NCBI GenBank assembly: GCA_002269645.1
Contig: NIVC01001210.1
Coordinates: forward strand, 1 to 64,000
Source of the DNA: Macrostomum lignano
Taxonomy: Eukaryota
Direction: 5' to 3'
Length of the DNA: 64,000 nt
Shown here piece by piece: positions 53,311 through 64,000 of the stretch. Under the pieces are notes generated by a model. It ran no database searches. It was not told where the DNA came from and saw only the letters and a list, made by a program, of their open reading frames with translations. Position numbers and translations under genes: made by a program. The stretch's first letter is position 1. The number at the start of each line of letters is the position of its first letter.

Positions 53311-55035
53311 CAATTATAGCTTAGCTTAGCAATATAATTTGTTTTAATGGCAACTTAGCAGATGACTAAGTAAAGTAGCTGAAATGATTGTATATTCGAA
53401 GTAAATAAATGGTTTATAAAGGAAATATTTTAATAAAAAAGTCTGGGATTCAGGGATTATTATTTTCTTAAAAATCTTATATAGACAGTGGATACTAAAG
53501 AAAAACTATTTAAAATTTGATTTTGTTCTCATTAGACATAGTATACTAACCAAATAGGCTTAAGGCTTAATTATAAAATTTATACAATTAATTAACTAAA
53601 AATAACAATTTTAAGAATATCAATATATGCTTTTATACAAAAACATAGGAATAAAAAAGTACAATGGCCTTATATTTTAATGAATTGGCAATAAAATAAA
53701 ATACAAATATACTTTATTTTCAAAGATTTTGTTGAAAGTCTTGGCTCTTAATCCATGTTCAAAAGTGGTTAGTACATTTCTATTTTCTATCTATAGCATA
53801 ATGATCATATTTTCTAAAATTATTTTTTGTGTTGTAGCTTTAGTTAAACTAAATATATAGTGTTAAAAAACTTAAAATGCATCCGGCTGGCTAAACTAAA
53901 AATAATTGGCCTAGTAGGTCTAGGCAATTAAGAGGCTAGGTCTAGGCATATTTTTAATAGAAACAATTACTTAAGAAGAACAAAAAGAACAATGTACTTA
54001 GGCTACTATTCTAATAGTAGCCTATTCTATTCTAACTATTCTAAATATGCCATATATATAATTATTAAATTGTACTTAATTGATAGTATACTATAGATAT
54101 AGTCATTAGTGTGGTGTTTAGTTAAATTTATCTGACAACTGCAACATAAGCTACAACTAGCGGGCCTACAAGCCACAACCCTCAGTGTAGGACTACAATT
54201 AATTGGCTAGAATTCGGGAAGCATAATTATGTTTCAATACAGAATAGAATTAATAGTAACACTATTATATTTAGGTCTAATAAAGGCTGAATATTATGAT
54301 ATGGAATGCCAATTTGCTAAATGACTGTGTCAAATTGTTGATAGGTGAAATCAGAAATGTCACAGGATGATGTGCTATTGTTTTGAAGTTTAAAAATTTG
54401 CCTTTTATACTAAGTGTTACATGATGACATTGGGAGAAATTTATTTTTAAAATAGCTAGTTTATTTTTCATTTAAACCTGAACCTGAACACCCTACCCCA
54501 AACCTAGTACCAAAACCTGACCCAAAACCTGACCTGACCCCAAACCCTGAACACCCTTAATAACTATATATAGCATTTTTGTTGTAAAATTTAGAAGGAT
54601 GGGTATGTATAGATTTATAATTAGTGTTTGCCTAAATGGGGTCCTACTATAGATGTAGCTGTTGTTGTAAAAAAATTTTTAGGCTTTTTGTTATATTTTT
54701 ACTTTCTCATTGATCCAGGCTACCATTTTGATGTAATGTTTCATTTTTCCTAAAAAATAGTTTAAAATAAATAAAAACTAGGGCTTGTTGCTTTCTGTGG
54801 GTGTATTTTCAACAGCTGTAGGTACCCATTTTTACTATAGTTGCTGTAGTGTTTTTTAGCTATATCTAAAAGTGAAACTAGAAGTTAACTAACTGTTAAT
54901 GAGTCTTAATTCAATGATTGCTAAGTGGTAGAACATTAATCATCATACTGCTGCAACTGTTATCTGCCGGAATAGCTTGGTCATAATATTAACAACGAAG
55001 TACTAACTATATCAGCTGTCATCAACACACTAATA

Positions 55036-57436
55036 ATGGAAGAGATTGGCCTGCCCCCTTCCGGTTCGGACAAGGAGCTTTCTGATTTGTCCTCGGCCAC
55101 TGATTCTGCTGTCCGGCCGGGCAGCGGCCTATCAGCTGTGCCTCCAGATCCCACTCAGCTGGATTCGGACGATCTGTTTGTCCGACTTAAACGTCTGCAA
55201 CGCGAGCTGGAATTCCTGGATGTTCAGGTAAAGTTTACAGTTAATTACAATAACTAATTTGTCGAAGGTTTTTTTATTTGGGTCGCTCTCGCCTCACCAT
55301 GCATACACGAATTGATCCAATACATGAACTACAGGTAGTGAGGTACAGTGGCTGTGTGCACAGTCTTGAGTACATGCACTGGGGTAAGGTGGCTGTGTAC
55401 GCAGTCTTGAGTACATGTACTGGGGTAAGGTGGCTGTGTACGCAGTCTTGAGTGCATGTACTGGGGTAAGGTGGCTGTGTACACAGTCTTGAGTACATGT
55501 ACTGGGGTAAGGTGACTGTGTACGCAGTCTTGAGTACATGTACTGGGGTAAGGTGACTGTGTACGCAGTCTTGAGTACATGTACTGGGGTAAGGTGGCTG
55601 TGTACGCAGTCTTGAGTACATGCACTGGGGAACAGTGGCTGTGTACACAGTCTCCAGTACATGCACCTGGGGGAACAGTGGCTGTGTGTGTACTCTAGAC
55701 ACTCTTTCAAATAGTGTTTTATTGATGCAGAAACTTGGGCATCTGATTGTAGCGTAGAAAGTAATCTACACTACATATCGGATAGCGACAACGATCTCGG
55801 AAGTCGGGGATGATGGTTTCAAATTGGTTTAGCTTCACAGTTTCATCATATTAATTGACTGACAGGAAGGCTACGTGAAAGACGAGCAGAAGAATTTAAA
55901 GAAGGAATTCCTCCACGCCCAAGAGGAAGTGAAACGAATCCAGAGCGTGCCGCTGGTTATTGGCCAATTCCTCGAGGCTGTCGATCAGAACTACGGAATT
56001 GTGGGATCCACAACCGGTTCTAATTATTATGTCCGCATTCTGAGCACGCTGGACCGCGAGTCGCTTCGGCCCAGCGCCTCTGTCGCCTTGCACAAGCACA
56101 GCAACGCTCTGGTTGACGTGCTGCCCCCCGAGGCCGACTCCAGCATCAGCATGCTGTCAGCCGATCAGAAGCCAAACGTCACCTATGCCGACATTGGCGG
56201 CATGGACATACAGAAACAGGAGGTGCGCGAGGCCGTTGAACTGCCGCTGACTCATTTTGAACTCTATCGTCAGATTGGCATCGATCCGCCTAGGGGTGTG
56301 CTCATGTTCGGGCCGCCTGGTGAGTTCATTTTACACGTGAATGGGGCGTAGCCTAGCGTCCTAGGCTCGATTCCAACTGCAGTCTAGTTAATTTAGGGCT
56401 AAATTAGAATCTCAGCTTGGATCTGCTCGTAAGGCAAATTCTATGTAGTAAACGGTAGCTTTTAGTTAATTGGTTATTCATTTTGTCGGAGCTACACCTG
56501 CAAAGTTAAGCAAAGTTAGTCGCGGTTAGTACGCAGCTGAATAAAATGTCTGTGTGAGAGCGAGTGTTAAAGACGAAAAATCTAAAAAAATAACTAAATT
56601 TCAAACTTAAACTTGTAATAAGCTAGGACCGGTTGCTAGGTGCCTCCGCTCTTCATCAGCTGGTCTAGCTTCTCAGATCAGCTAGGACCTCACTTGCAGT
56701 TTGTCCAAGGTGCTATTTTTAACAATTTACAGAAGAAAAAATAAAACACGTTACTTTCTACTCCATTCAGGTAAAATAATGTTATATTTTTTTCATAAAA
56801 ACAGGCACAGGCAAAACTATGCTAGCCAAAGCGGTGGCCCATCACACCACGGCCGCTTTTATCCGGGTTGTTGGCAGCGAATTCGTGCAGAAATACCTGG
56901 GCGAAGGGCCCCGCATGGTGCGCGACGTGTTCCGCTTGGCAAAGGAGAACGCGCCGGCCATTATCTTCATCGACGAGGTGGACGCCATCGCTACTAAACG
57001 GTTCGACGCCCAGACTGGAGCCGATCGAGAGGTTCAACGCATCCTGCTCGAGCTGCTCAACCAGATGGACGGCTTCGACCAGACCGTGAACGTCAAGGTC
57101 ATCATGGCCACCAACCGGGCTGACACGCTGGACCCGGCGCTGCTCCGCCCGGGCCGGCTCGATCGCAAAATCGAATTCCCAATGCCGGACAGGCGGCAGA
57201 AGCGCCTCATCTTCCAGGCCATCGCCGGCAAGATGAACCTGTCAGACGAGCTGGACCTGGAGGACTACGTGGCCAGGCCGGACAAGATCACTGGCGCCGA
57301 TATTAACGCCATCTGTCAGGAGGCCGGCATGCAGGCTGTGAGAGAGAATCGCTACGTTGTGCTGCCTAAAGACTTTGAGAAAGGCTACAAGGCCAGCCTA
57401 AAGAAGGACACGCAGGAGTTGGAATTCTACAATTGA
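55036..57436 (+). CDS. PSMC4: 26S proteasome regulatory ATPase subunit 6B (Rpt3)
   Basis: Exons 55036-55227, 55866-56319, 56805-57436. [17 protein letters not shown], Walker A GPP|GTGKT across the intron, Walker [37 protein letters not shown]-terminal EFYN. Confidence 0.98.
55335..55690. repeat. 41-bp minisatellite in PSMC4 intron 1
   Basis: Unit gtacatgtactggggtaaggtggctgtgtacgcagtcttga. Confidence 0.92.
56343..56430 (+). mobile_element. tRNA-derived SINE-like element (copy 2, internally deleted), PSMC4 intron 2
   Basis: ggggcgtagcctagcg...ggctcgattccaactgcagtc...aatctcagcttggatctgctcgt aligns with 128-245. Confidence 0.5.
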
Positions 57437-57999
57437 TGCTATTTGCTCCGTGTCTGCTGTCATGCCCTACTTGTGTACTTCTAATCCCTTCTCTCCGTTC
57501 TATCTTTGCAAACACACTTATAAATGACAATATAGAATATTTGTTTGTCAGCACTGCTCTTACAGTATCCTAGTGGGTCTTGGGGGTATATTTTCTAATG
57601 AATAATTAACAAAAGTCAATTAGACTTCGAAATAAAATTTAATATAATTTGTTTCTACCTGCGGCGCCGTGCATTTTAATTATCCCCAATTATTTCGTGT
57701 ACCGTCAGTTTCAGTTTGCACCTGTTCCATCAGTAGCAGCATCCATTAGTAACCGCCACTTATGTTATTTAATATCCGGTATATGAATTTGTAATAACAG
57801 TACAGTCGGGTGAGTTGATCGCGCTGTGCCTGCCTAGTTTGACTGGCATAGCAGAAGCAGATAATAAATTAATGTATGCCTGGCAATTGACCGCGTTATG
57901 TATTTGTGTTTCTCTTTGTGTTCTTGCTTTTTTCTATTTTTGGGCTTAATAGAGTCTAGTTGTGATGTACCATAGTATCCTTCTAAAGTCGGTCAGATC

Positions 58000-58577
58000 C
58001 CGATGGAAAGTCAGCACTTGTGTTAAATCTCTGATAGAAGTTTAGCATGTCAGATCCCTGATGGAAAATCAGCGCCTCGTGTCAGGTCTCTGAGAGAATG
58101 TCAGCACCCCGTGTCAGAGCCCTAATGGAAGGTCAGCACCCGTGTCAGAGCCCTGAGGGAAGGTCAGCACCCGTGTCAGAGCCCTGAGGAAAGGTCAGCA
58201 CCCGTGTCAGAGCCCTGAGGGAAGGTCAGCACTCAGCACTCACTCTGTGTCAGAGCCCCGATGGAGGGTCAGCACCCCGTGTCAGAGCCCCGAAGGAAGG
58301 TCAGCACTCACTCTGTGTCAGAGCCCCGATGGAAGGTCAGCACCCGTGTCAGAGCCCCGATGGAAGGTCAGCACCCGTGTCAGAGCCCTGAGGAAAGGTC
58401 AGCACTTACTCTGTGTCAGAGCCCTGAGGGAAGGTCAGCACTTACTCTGTGTCAGAGCCCTGAGGGAAGGTCAGCACTCACTCTGTGTCAGAGCCCTGAG
58501 GGAAGGTCAGCACTCACTCTGTGTCAGAGCCCTGAGGGAAGGTCAGCACTCACTCTGTGTCAGAGCCCTGAGGGAAT
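58000..58577. repeat. About 36-bp minisatellite (gtgtcagagccctgagggaaggtcagcactcactct) between PSMC4 and PSMD14
   Basis: Visible units, progressively more regular towards the 3' end. Confidence 0.92.
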
Positions 58578-58663
58578 GTTTAACCAGTAGAAGAGGCTGC
58601 AATAGAAGACGAATCCAGTGCAAACCATATTGCAAAACCCTTGCAGTTCTAAGAAGCACCAGA

Positions 58664-60059
58664 ATGGACCGACTGCTTCGTCTCGGCGCCGCTGGCGGTC
58701 TTGGCTCGCTCGGCCAGACGGCCGCACCGTCGGACGGCCCGATGCCGGACACGGCCGAGCAGGTATACATCAGCTCGCTGGCGCTGTTAAAGATGCTCAA
58801 GCACGGCCGAGCCGGAGTACCCATGGAAGTCATGGGCCTGATGCTGGGCGAATTTGTTGACGATTACACGGTTACCGTTGTTGACGTGTTCGCCATGCCG
58901 CAATCTGGCACCGGCGTCTCTGTCGAAGCTGTGGATCCCGTATTCCAGGTGAGTTGTGCAGTGACTCCTTGTAGGATGGCGGTTGTGGCTCTCAGATAGA
59001 GGACCAGTGATTCTCAGATAGAGGACCAGTGACTCTCAGGTGTAGGACCAGTGACTCGCATGTGTAGGACCAGTGACTCTCAGGTGTAGGACCAGTGCCT
59101 CTCAGATGTAGGACCAGACTCCCAGCTGTTGGACCAGTGACTCAGGTGTAGGACCAGACTCCCAGCTGTTGGACCAGTGACTCTCAGGTTTAGGACCAGT
59201 GACTTTCAGATAAAGGACCAGTGGCTCTCAGATAAAAGACCAGTGACTCTCAGATGAAGGACCAGTGACTCTCGCGTGTAGAACCAGTGACTCTCAGATG
59301 TAGGCCCAGTGACTCTCATTTTAGGCACGGTTGGTCTTTATTAAAGGATCTGGGGACAGCGGCAAATAGCAAAAATCTATTAATCCACCCCCTCTTTCAC
59401 AGGCCAAGATGCTGGACATGCTGAAGCAGACGGGCCGACCAGAGATGGTAGTGGGCTGGTACCATTCGCATCCGGGATTCGGCTGCTGGCTATCCGGCGT
59501 TGACGTGAACACGCAGCAGAGCTTTGAGGCCCTGTCCGAACGAGCCGTGGCCGTTGTGGTGGATCCAATCCAATCTGTGAAAGGCAAAGTAGTGATTGAC
59601 GCGTTCAGGCTAATTAATACCAATATGGTGATGCTGGGCCAGGAGCCCCGGCAGACCACTAGCAACATCGGTCACTTGAACAAGCCGTCAATTCAGGCGC
59701 TGATCCACGGCTTAAACCGGAACTATTATTCAATACCGATTAACTTTCGCAAGAACCGGCTGGAACAGGCTATGCTAATGAATCTGAATAAGCGCAGCTG
59801 GCAGGACGGCCTGGCGTTGTGCGATTTTACTCAGCATTGCAAGGACAACGAGTCTACGGTTAAGGCTATGCTGGACCTCACCCGCTCCTATCACAAAGCG
59901 CTAGAGGACGAGCGCCAGATGACTAAAGAACAATTGGCCGTGAAAAATGTTGGCAAAATCGATCCGAAGCGTCACCTGGAGGAGCAGGTTGACGGCTTGA
60001 TGACGGCTAATATTAGCCAGTGCCTCGGGTCCATGCTGCATTCGGTTGTGTTCAACTAA
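58664..60059 (+). CDS. PSMD14: 26S proteasome non-ATPase regulatory subunit 14 (Rpn11/POH1, JAMM deubiquitinase)
   Basis: Exons 58664-58948 and 59403-60059. [43 protein letters not shown] motif [30 protein letters not shown]. Confidence 0.98.
58990..59318. repeat. 22-bp minisatellite (gaggaccagtgactctcagata) in the PSMD14 intron
   Basis: Visible tandem units. Confidence 0.9.
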
Positions 60060-62118
60060 TTTGCTTTTTTATTACATAATAAATCTCTAGCTGTGCTAAT
60101 GACTGGGTTAACTTTCTGTTGAAAAAATAATTAAAATGCGCAACACACTACTGGGGGTTGTGCGATTCAGGCATGAACTAATTGTCGTCTATCGTAGTTT
60201 ACGAGTAATCCTTCCCAGCTTATTCCTGCCTAGTTGTCTCCAGACTCTCTCAGCTATTCGAATGTCCCAAGTTTTGTGCATGTATTGTTTTTTCTATGCT
60301 ATAATTATATAGTCATGACGCTATCCGGTACTAACTCTAATAACTTAAAAAGTACACCCTCGCATAGGGCGAAATCCGCTTGGTTCCAATTATCAATAAA
60401 CGGGTTATATGTATCGCTTGAGTTTCGAGTGGATTTGGCAAAAATGCGCAAGTGTAAAACCGATCAATATTTCTTCTTTTGCAATATGCAAAATATTTTG
60501 ATCGTGGCCGTAAATTATTGCCTTGCTTTTTTATTTCAAGAATTTAACCATCTAAATTTATTCTCTATCATTTTTATGAGAATTCAGGATATGCAGTTAG
60601 CAGGAGTGTCAAGGATTTTATGGTAGGGGGCGACACTAAGAACTCTAAACGAAAAATTCCTATATAGTATTTTGAGAATCGGTGTTAGCGTGTTGGTGAC
60701 TGATTTTTGCGCCGCAGGTACTTTTAATTTGGCACCCTGAAGCAAATTCTTGATTTCCATAATGGATCACAATTTCGGTTGGGGAGAACAGTATGTAATT
60801 GATAATATCAGTTTTTACATACTCTGAGAGAATATCTTTTTTAATCGTAAAAAATCGATTTTTTTCATATGTATTATTTTAGTGTGGTTGAGTAAGTTTA
60901 AAGAATTCGATAGAATGGGCTACTTATATACATGTGAAATTAATTGTTTGACTCAACTGCGTGCGTGGGTACCAGTCACTTCATTGTTTTTTGACGCATA
61001 TTTACAATGTGCATTTAATGTATAGCATAAAAATTTCGGACACAAAGCGAAAATTTTTTAGATAAAACTACATACGGCCATTATACATGAAGTACCATGA
61101 TCTTACTGGTGACTACTTAAGTCGTTCTTGATTACGGATGAGACCTAAGATTTTAGGTGTTTTCTTTAAATTATTTTTCAATTTTTTAAATCTTAAGAAT
61201 AATTAGTATTTCAATAAAAAAAAGCTTTTTTTACTTACGGAGTAAATCGTCGGATGGGTAAACTGTTCCGTGTATCCTAACTTCAGTGGTCCTTGCATCA
61301 GTCCGAAATGATAGAGGCCACAATTTTGTAGTGTGGTGCTTGTGTCGCGATACCCTTGATTATGAATTTTATATTAGTAGTCTCAATTGTATTAGGCATG
61401 TACAGTAATTGGATGCAAAGCATTACAAAAAGCTTGCCCTTTTGTATTTTTTATTGCGAATTTTGAACCCGATAAACAAAAAATCCTTAAGCTTTTAGAA
61501 ATAAAGATCGCCAATAAAAAGAAACTATCAGCAATGACTTTGTATAAAAAAATAATAAAAATTGTTTTTCCCGGCTTTCCATTCTCAAAAATCTAAGAGC
61601 GGTTTTTCGTACTTAGAGAAATGTCAATTTTTTAAGATGCTTGATCAGCTGATTTCTTAACCTTTTAGCGCCGGAGCTAGAAATACAAAAGCTCCGTTCC
61701 TGCCGACATGGTCAGCTGGGCTGACCTTAGACTATAGCTAGAATCTTATTGTGCCCCTGTGGCCCTGTGCAAAGCCTTTCTAGCCGAGAAGGGAGCATTT
61801 TGTACTCGGCTTGGACAAATCTAGTCCAAGACCTTTTAAACTTTGTCCGACTCGGAATATTCCGACCATTATTCTGACCTGTAATGCCGCTAATGTGGTT
61901 AAATTACCAGTCGGAATAATGGTCAGAATATTCCGACTCTTATTCCGACTGATAATTTAATACGTTGCAAGAGTCTAAATATCATCCCGACTCTTATTCC
62001 AACTGATCATTAAATACAAGCAATTGAGTCAGAATTTATCAATTCTATATTTAGAAAACTTGGAACTTTATGTTTATTCAGTGTTTATTTAGTTTAGCTC
62101 TAAGTAAAAATACATATT

Positions 62119-62902
62119 GGCTCATTCCATATAAGATGGACATATTTGGAAAATAGAAAAAAGTCAATATTTTTGCTTGCCATTGCCTAATTAGCCTATT
62201 TTTTTACCAAATGTTTATATTCTGCAATATATACAATCTAAGAATAAAGGAATGGTAAAATGTTGGATTAGTATGTTATCAATTGGCAAAAAGTCATTTT
62301 TGTAAAAATTTGGACATTTTTCGAAGCAAAAGACATCATTAAGATTTTGTACCTTTTAAAAACAAATAGAAAGCTTTTGAAGGTTGAAACAAACTATAGA
62401 TAAAGTATAGTACTTGCATCATCAGATAAAAGCATTGGTGACCAAATAATCTATTATATTTTTAATGTATTAGTACCTCAAAGTTACTGAATTGACAGAA
62501 AAAAATATGTTACGACCATAATGTTACGACCATAAGGCTGCCTTTTCTTTTGTATCTTTGTTGCCTTTTGAGTTTATATATTCTAATAAAAGAGTATGAT
62601 TTCTAAAGATGTTCTTAGTCAAATTTAAAAATGTATTGCAAAATATCAAAAATGAAAAATGTTATAAGACTTTTACCTTTTAGTTCCTATATGTCAAAAA
62701 TCCTGTCGTTACGACCATAAGTGTCATTTAAGGTTTAATAGCATCTATACTAATGATGATATCTATATGAAACTCTATAAATATATTCTAGACAAAATAG
62801 TCTTTCATTTAAAATATTGGTTTAGTATATTCTATTATTAGATTTCATTTTATAAGTAAAAATAACCTGTCATGTTACGACCATGCTTATATGGAATGAG
62901 CC
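62119..62902. mobile_element. Non-autonomous TIR element (MITE), 784 bp
   Basis: 17-bp TIRs GGCTCATTCCATATAAG and CTTATATGGAATGAGCC, both flanked by TATT; internal repeats of gttacgaccat (about 62510, 62523, 62708, 62874). Confidence 0.8.
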
Positions 62903-63004
62903 TATTAGTTAATATTTAAAACTTTTTTTGACAAATTTTTTATCTTTACTTTTTAGCAGTTTAGACCCTGTTTAGCAGTTGCTACTAAATAGGAAACAAC
63001 TTTA

Positions 63005-63115
63005 GGCAATCTTCCTCTTTCGTTCGTTTAATTATTTCCGGAATTATTTCGCCCTCTATTCAAGGGTGGTGGGGGGTGGGGGTTGGAATTAAACGAACGA
63101 AAGAGGAAAATTGCC
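63005..63115. repeat. Short inverted repeat / mini TIR element
   Basis: ggcaatcttcctctttcgttcgtttaatt and aattaaacgaacgaaagaggaaaattgcc, about 29-bp arms. Confidence 0.75.
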
Positions 63116-64000
63116 CAACTTTAATATTCTATATTATGTTTACATTATTTACTTTGTTTACTATACCTACTATAATATAAGATAAAAAATTAAAGACATT
63201 GACTAGGCCTATAGTAAAAATAAGGGTCAGATATGATGATCACAATTGTGATTACAATTTGTGAATTCATGACCATTTTTTTACAATTGTGATTTCCTTG
63301 AAACCCATTTATGAGGTATGTGAATTTCTGCTTAGGCCTACTTTTTATTTAAATTATAGCTTTTTATTTGATTTACTGAAATAAAAAGGTAAACACAAAT
63401 GTACAAAACAGTAATAAATTTTACATTTGTTGACTTGACAGCATTATTAAGTAGAGGCCTATCTATGAGTATTATCTAATATAAAATGATTTTTTTCTTG
63501 TTTTGTTATTTTTAGGGCCTATTTTCTATACTTTTAACTTACAAGCTTGTAAAACATGTATGCATAATAAATAAAAGAGAAAGAAAAGACTATTGACAAT
63601 TTAATATCATCTTTTATAATAGCAATTATAACATAGTGTCCATTTTGGCATGAATTTGGCAGGAATATAGGTCTAATTCAGATTTTGTATAAATATATAA
63701 ATATAAATTCACAATCAATCATGCCTAACTTTAAAAAATTAAAAAAAATTTCATGCCTAACCAAAATTTTCTGCTTGTCAAACCTCTAATAAAAATAAGA
63801 AAAATATATATTCTTGTGTTGTCCCTTTGACCCTTCATAGATCTTAAGTCTTAAGCTTGCCTTTTATGATTAGGCCCTATGAATATTATTGCAAATGTTT
63901 TTATTAATATTTATTATTAGTAATTAAATTTAAAGTTATATTATATTAGATATAAACTAGGATGAAAATTTTATACAAAATCCTAAATGCAAAAAACTTA

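Noticed and set aside
58247-58663. N-terminal extension of PSMD14 in the 250-aa ORF
   Set aside because: Derived from the 36-bp minisatellite; the conserved Rpn11 start MDRLLRLG is at 58664.
60234-60626. 130-aa ORF and other short AT-rich ORFs in 9800-11300, 46400-54500 and 60200-64000
   Set aside because: Non-ATG starts, AT-rich low-complexity composition and no motifs, apart from the hAT remnants listed.

Overview
Eukaryotic (metazoan) genomic DNA with spliceosomal GT-AG introns, GC-rich exons, AT-rich intergenic DNA and introns packed with micro- and minisatellites. The style resembles a Macrostomum-type flatworm assembly, which is an inference and was not checked. I reconstructed six conserved genes by hand: USP8 (minus strand, runs off the left edge), an SLC5A8/12-like sodium:solute symporter (12 exons), RAB33, a ZWILCH-like kinetochore gene, PSMC4/Rpt3 and PSMD14/Rpn11. 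There is also a small unassigned single-TM ORF. Mobile DNA includes a 5'-truncated RT-RNaseH non-LTR element flanked by a perfect 170-bp direct repeat (apparent giant TSD), a degenerate APE-RT LINE, RTE-like fragments, a hAT/BED transposase fossil, three TIR MITEs (one only 82 bp) and SINE-like elements. Most long ORFs in the supplied track are artefacts of tandem repeats. The best leads are the 170-bp TSD, a possible trans-spliced operon arrangement (PSMC4-PSMD14; ZWILCH-small ORF), single-base frameshifts at the USP8 catalytic Cys box (error or decaying copy), and minisatellites apparently seeded from SINE/MITE ends. No CRISPR, rRNA or bona fide tRNA gene was found, and I cannot support a wholly new biological system from sequence alone.
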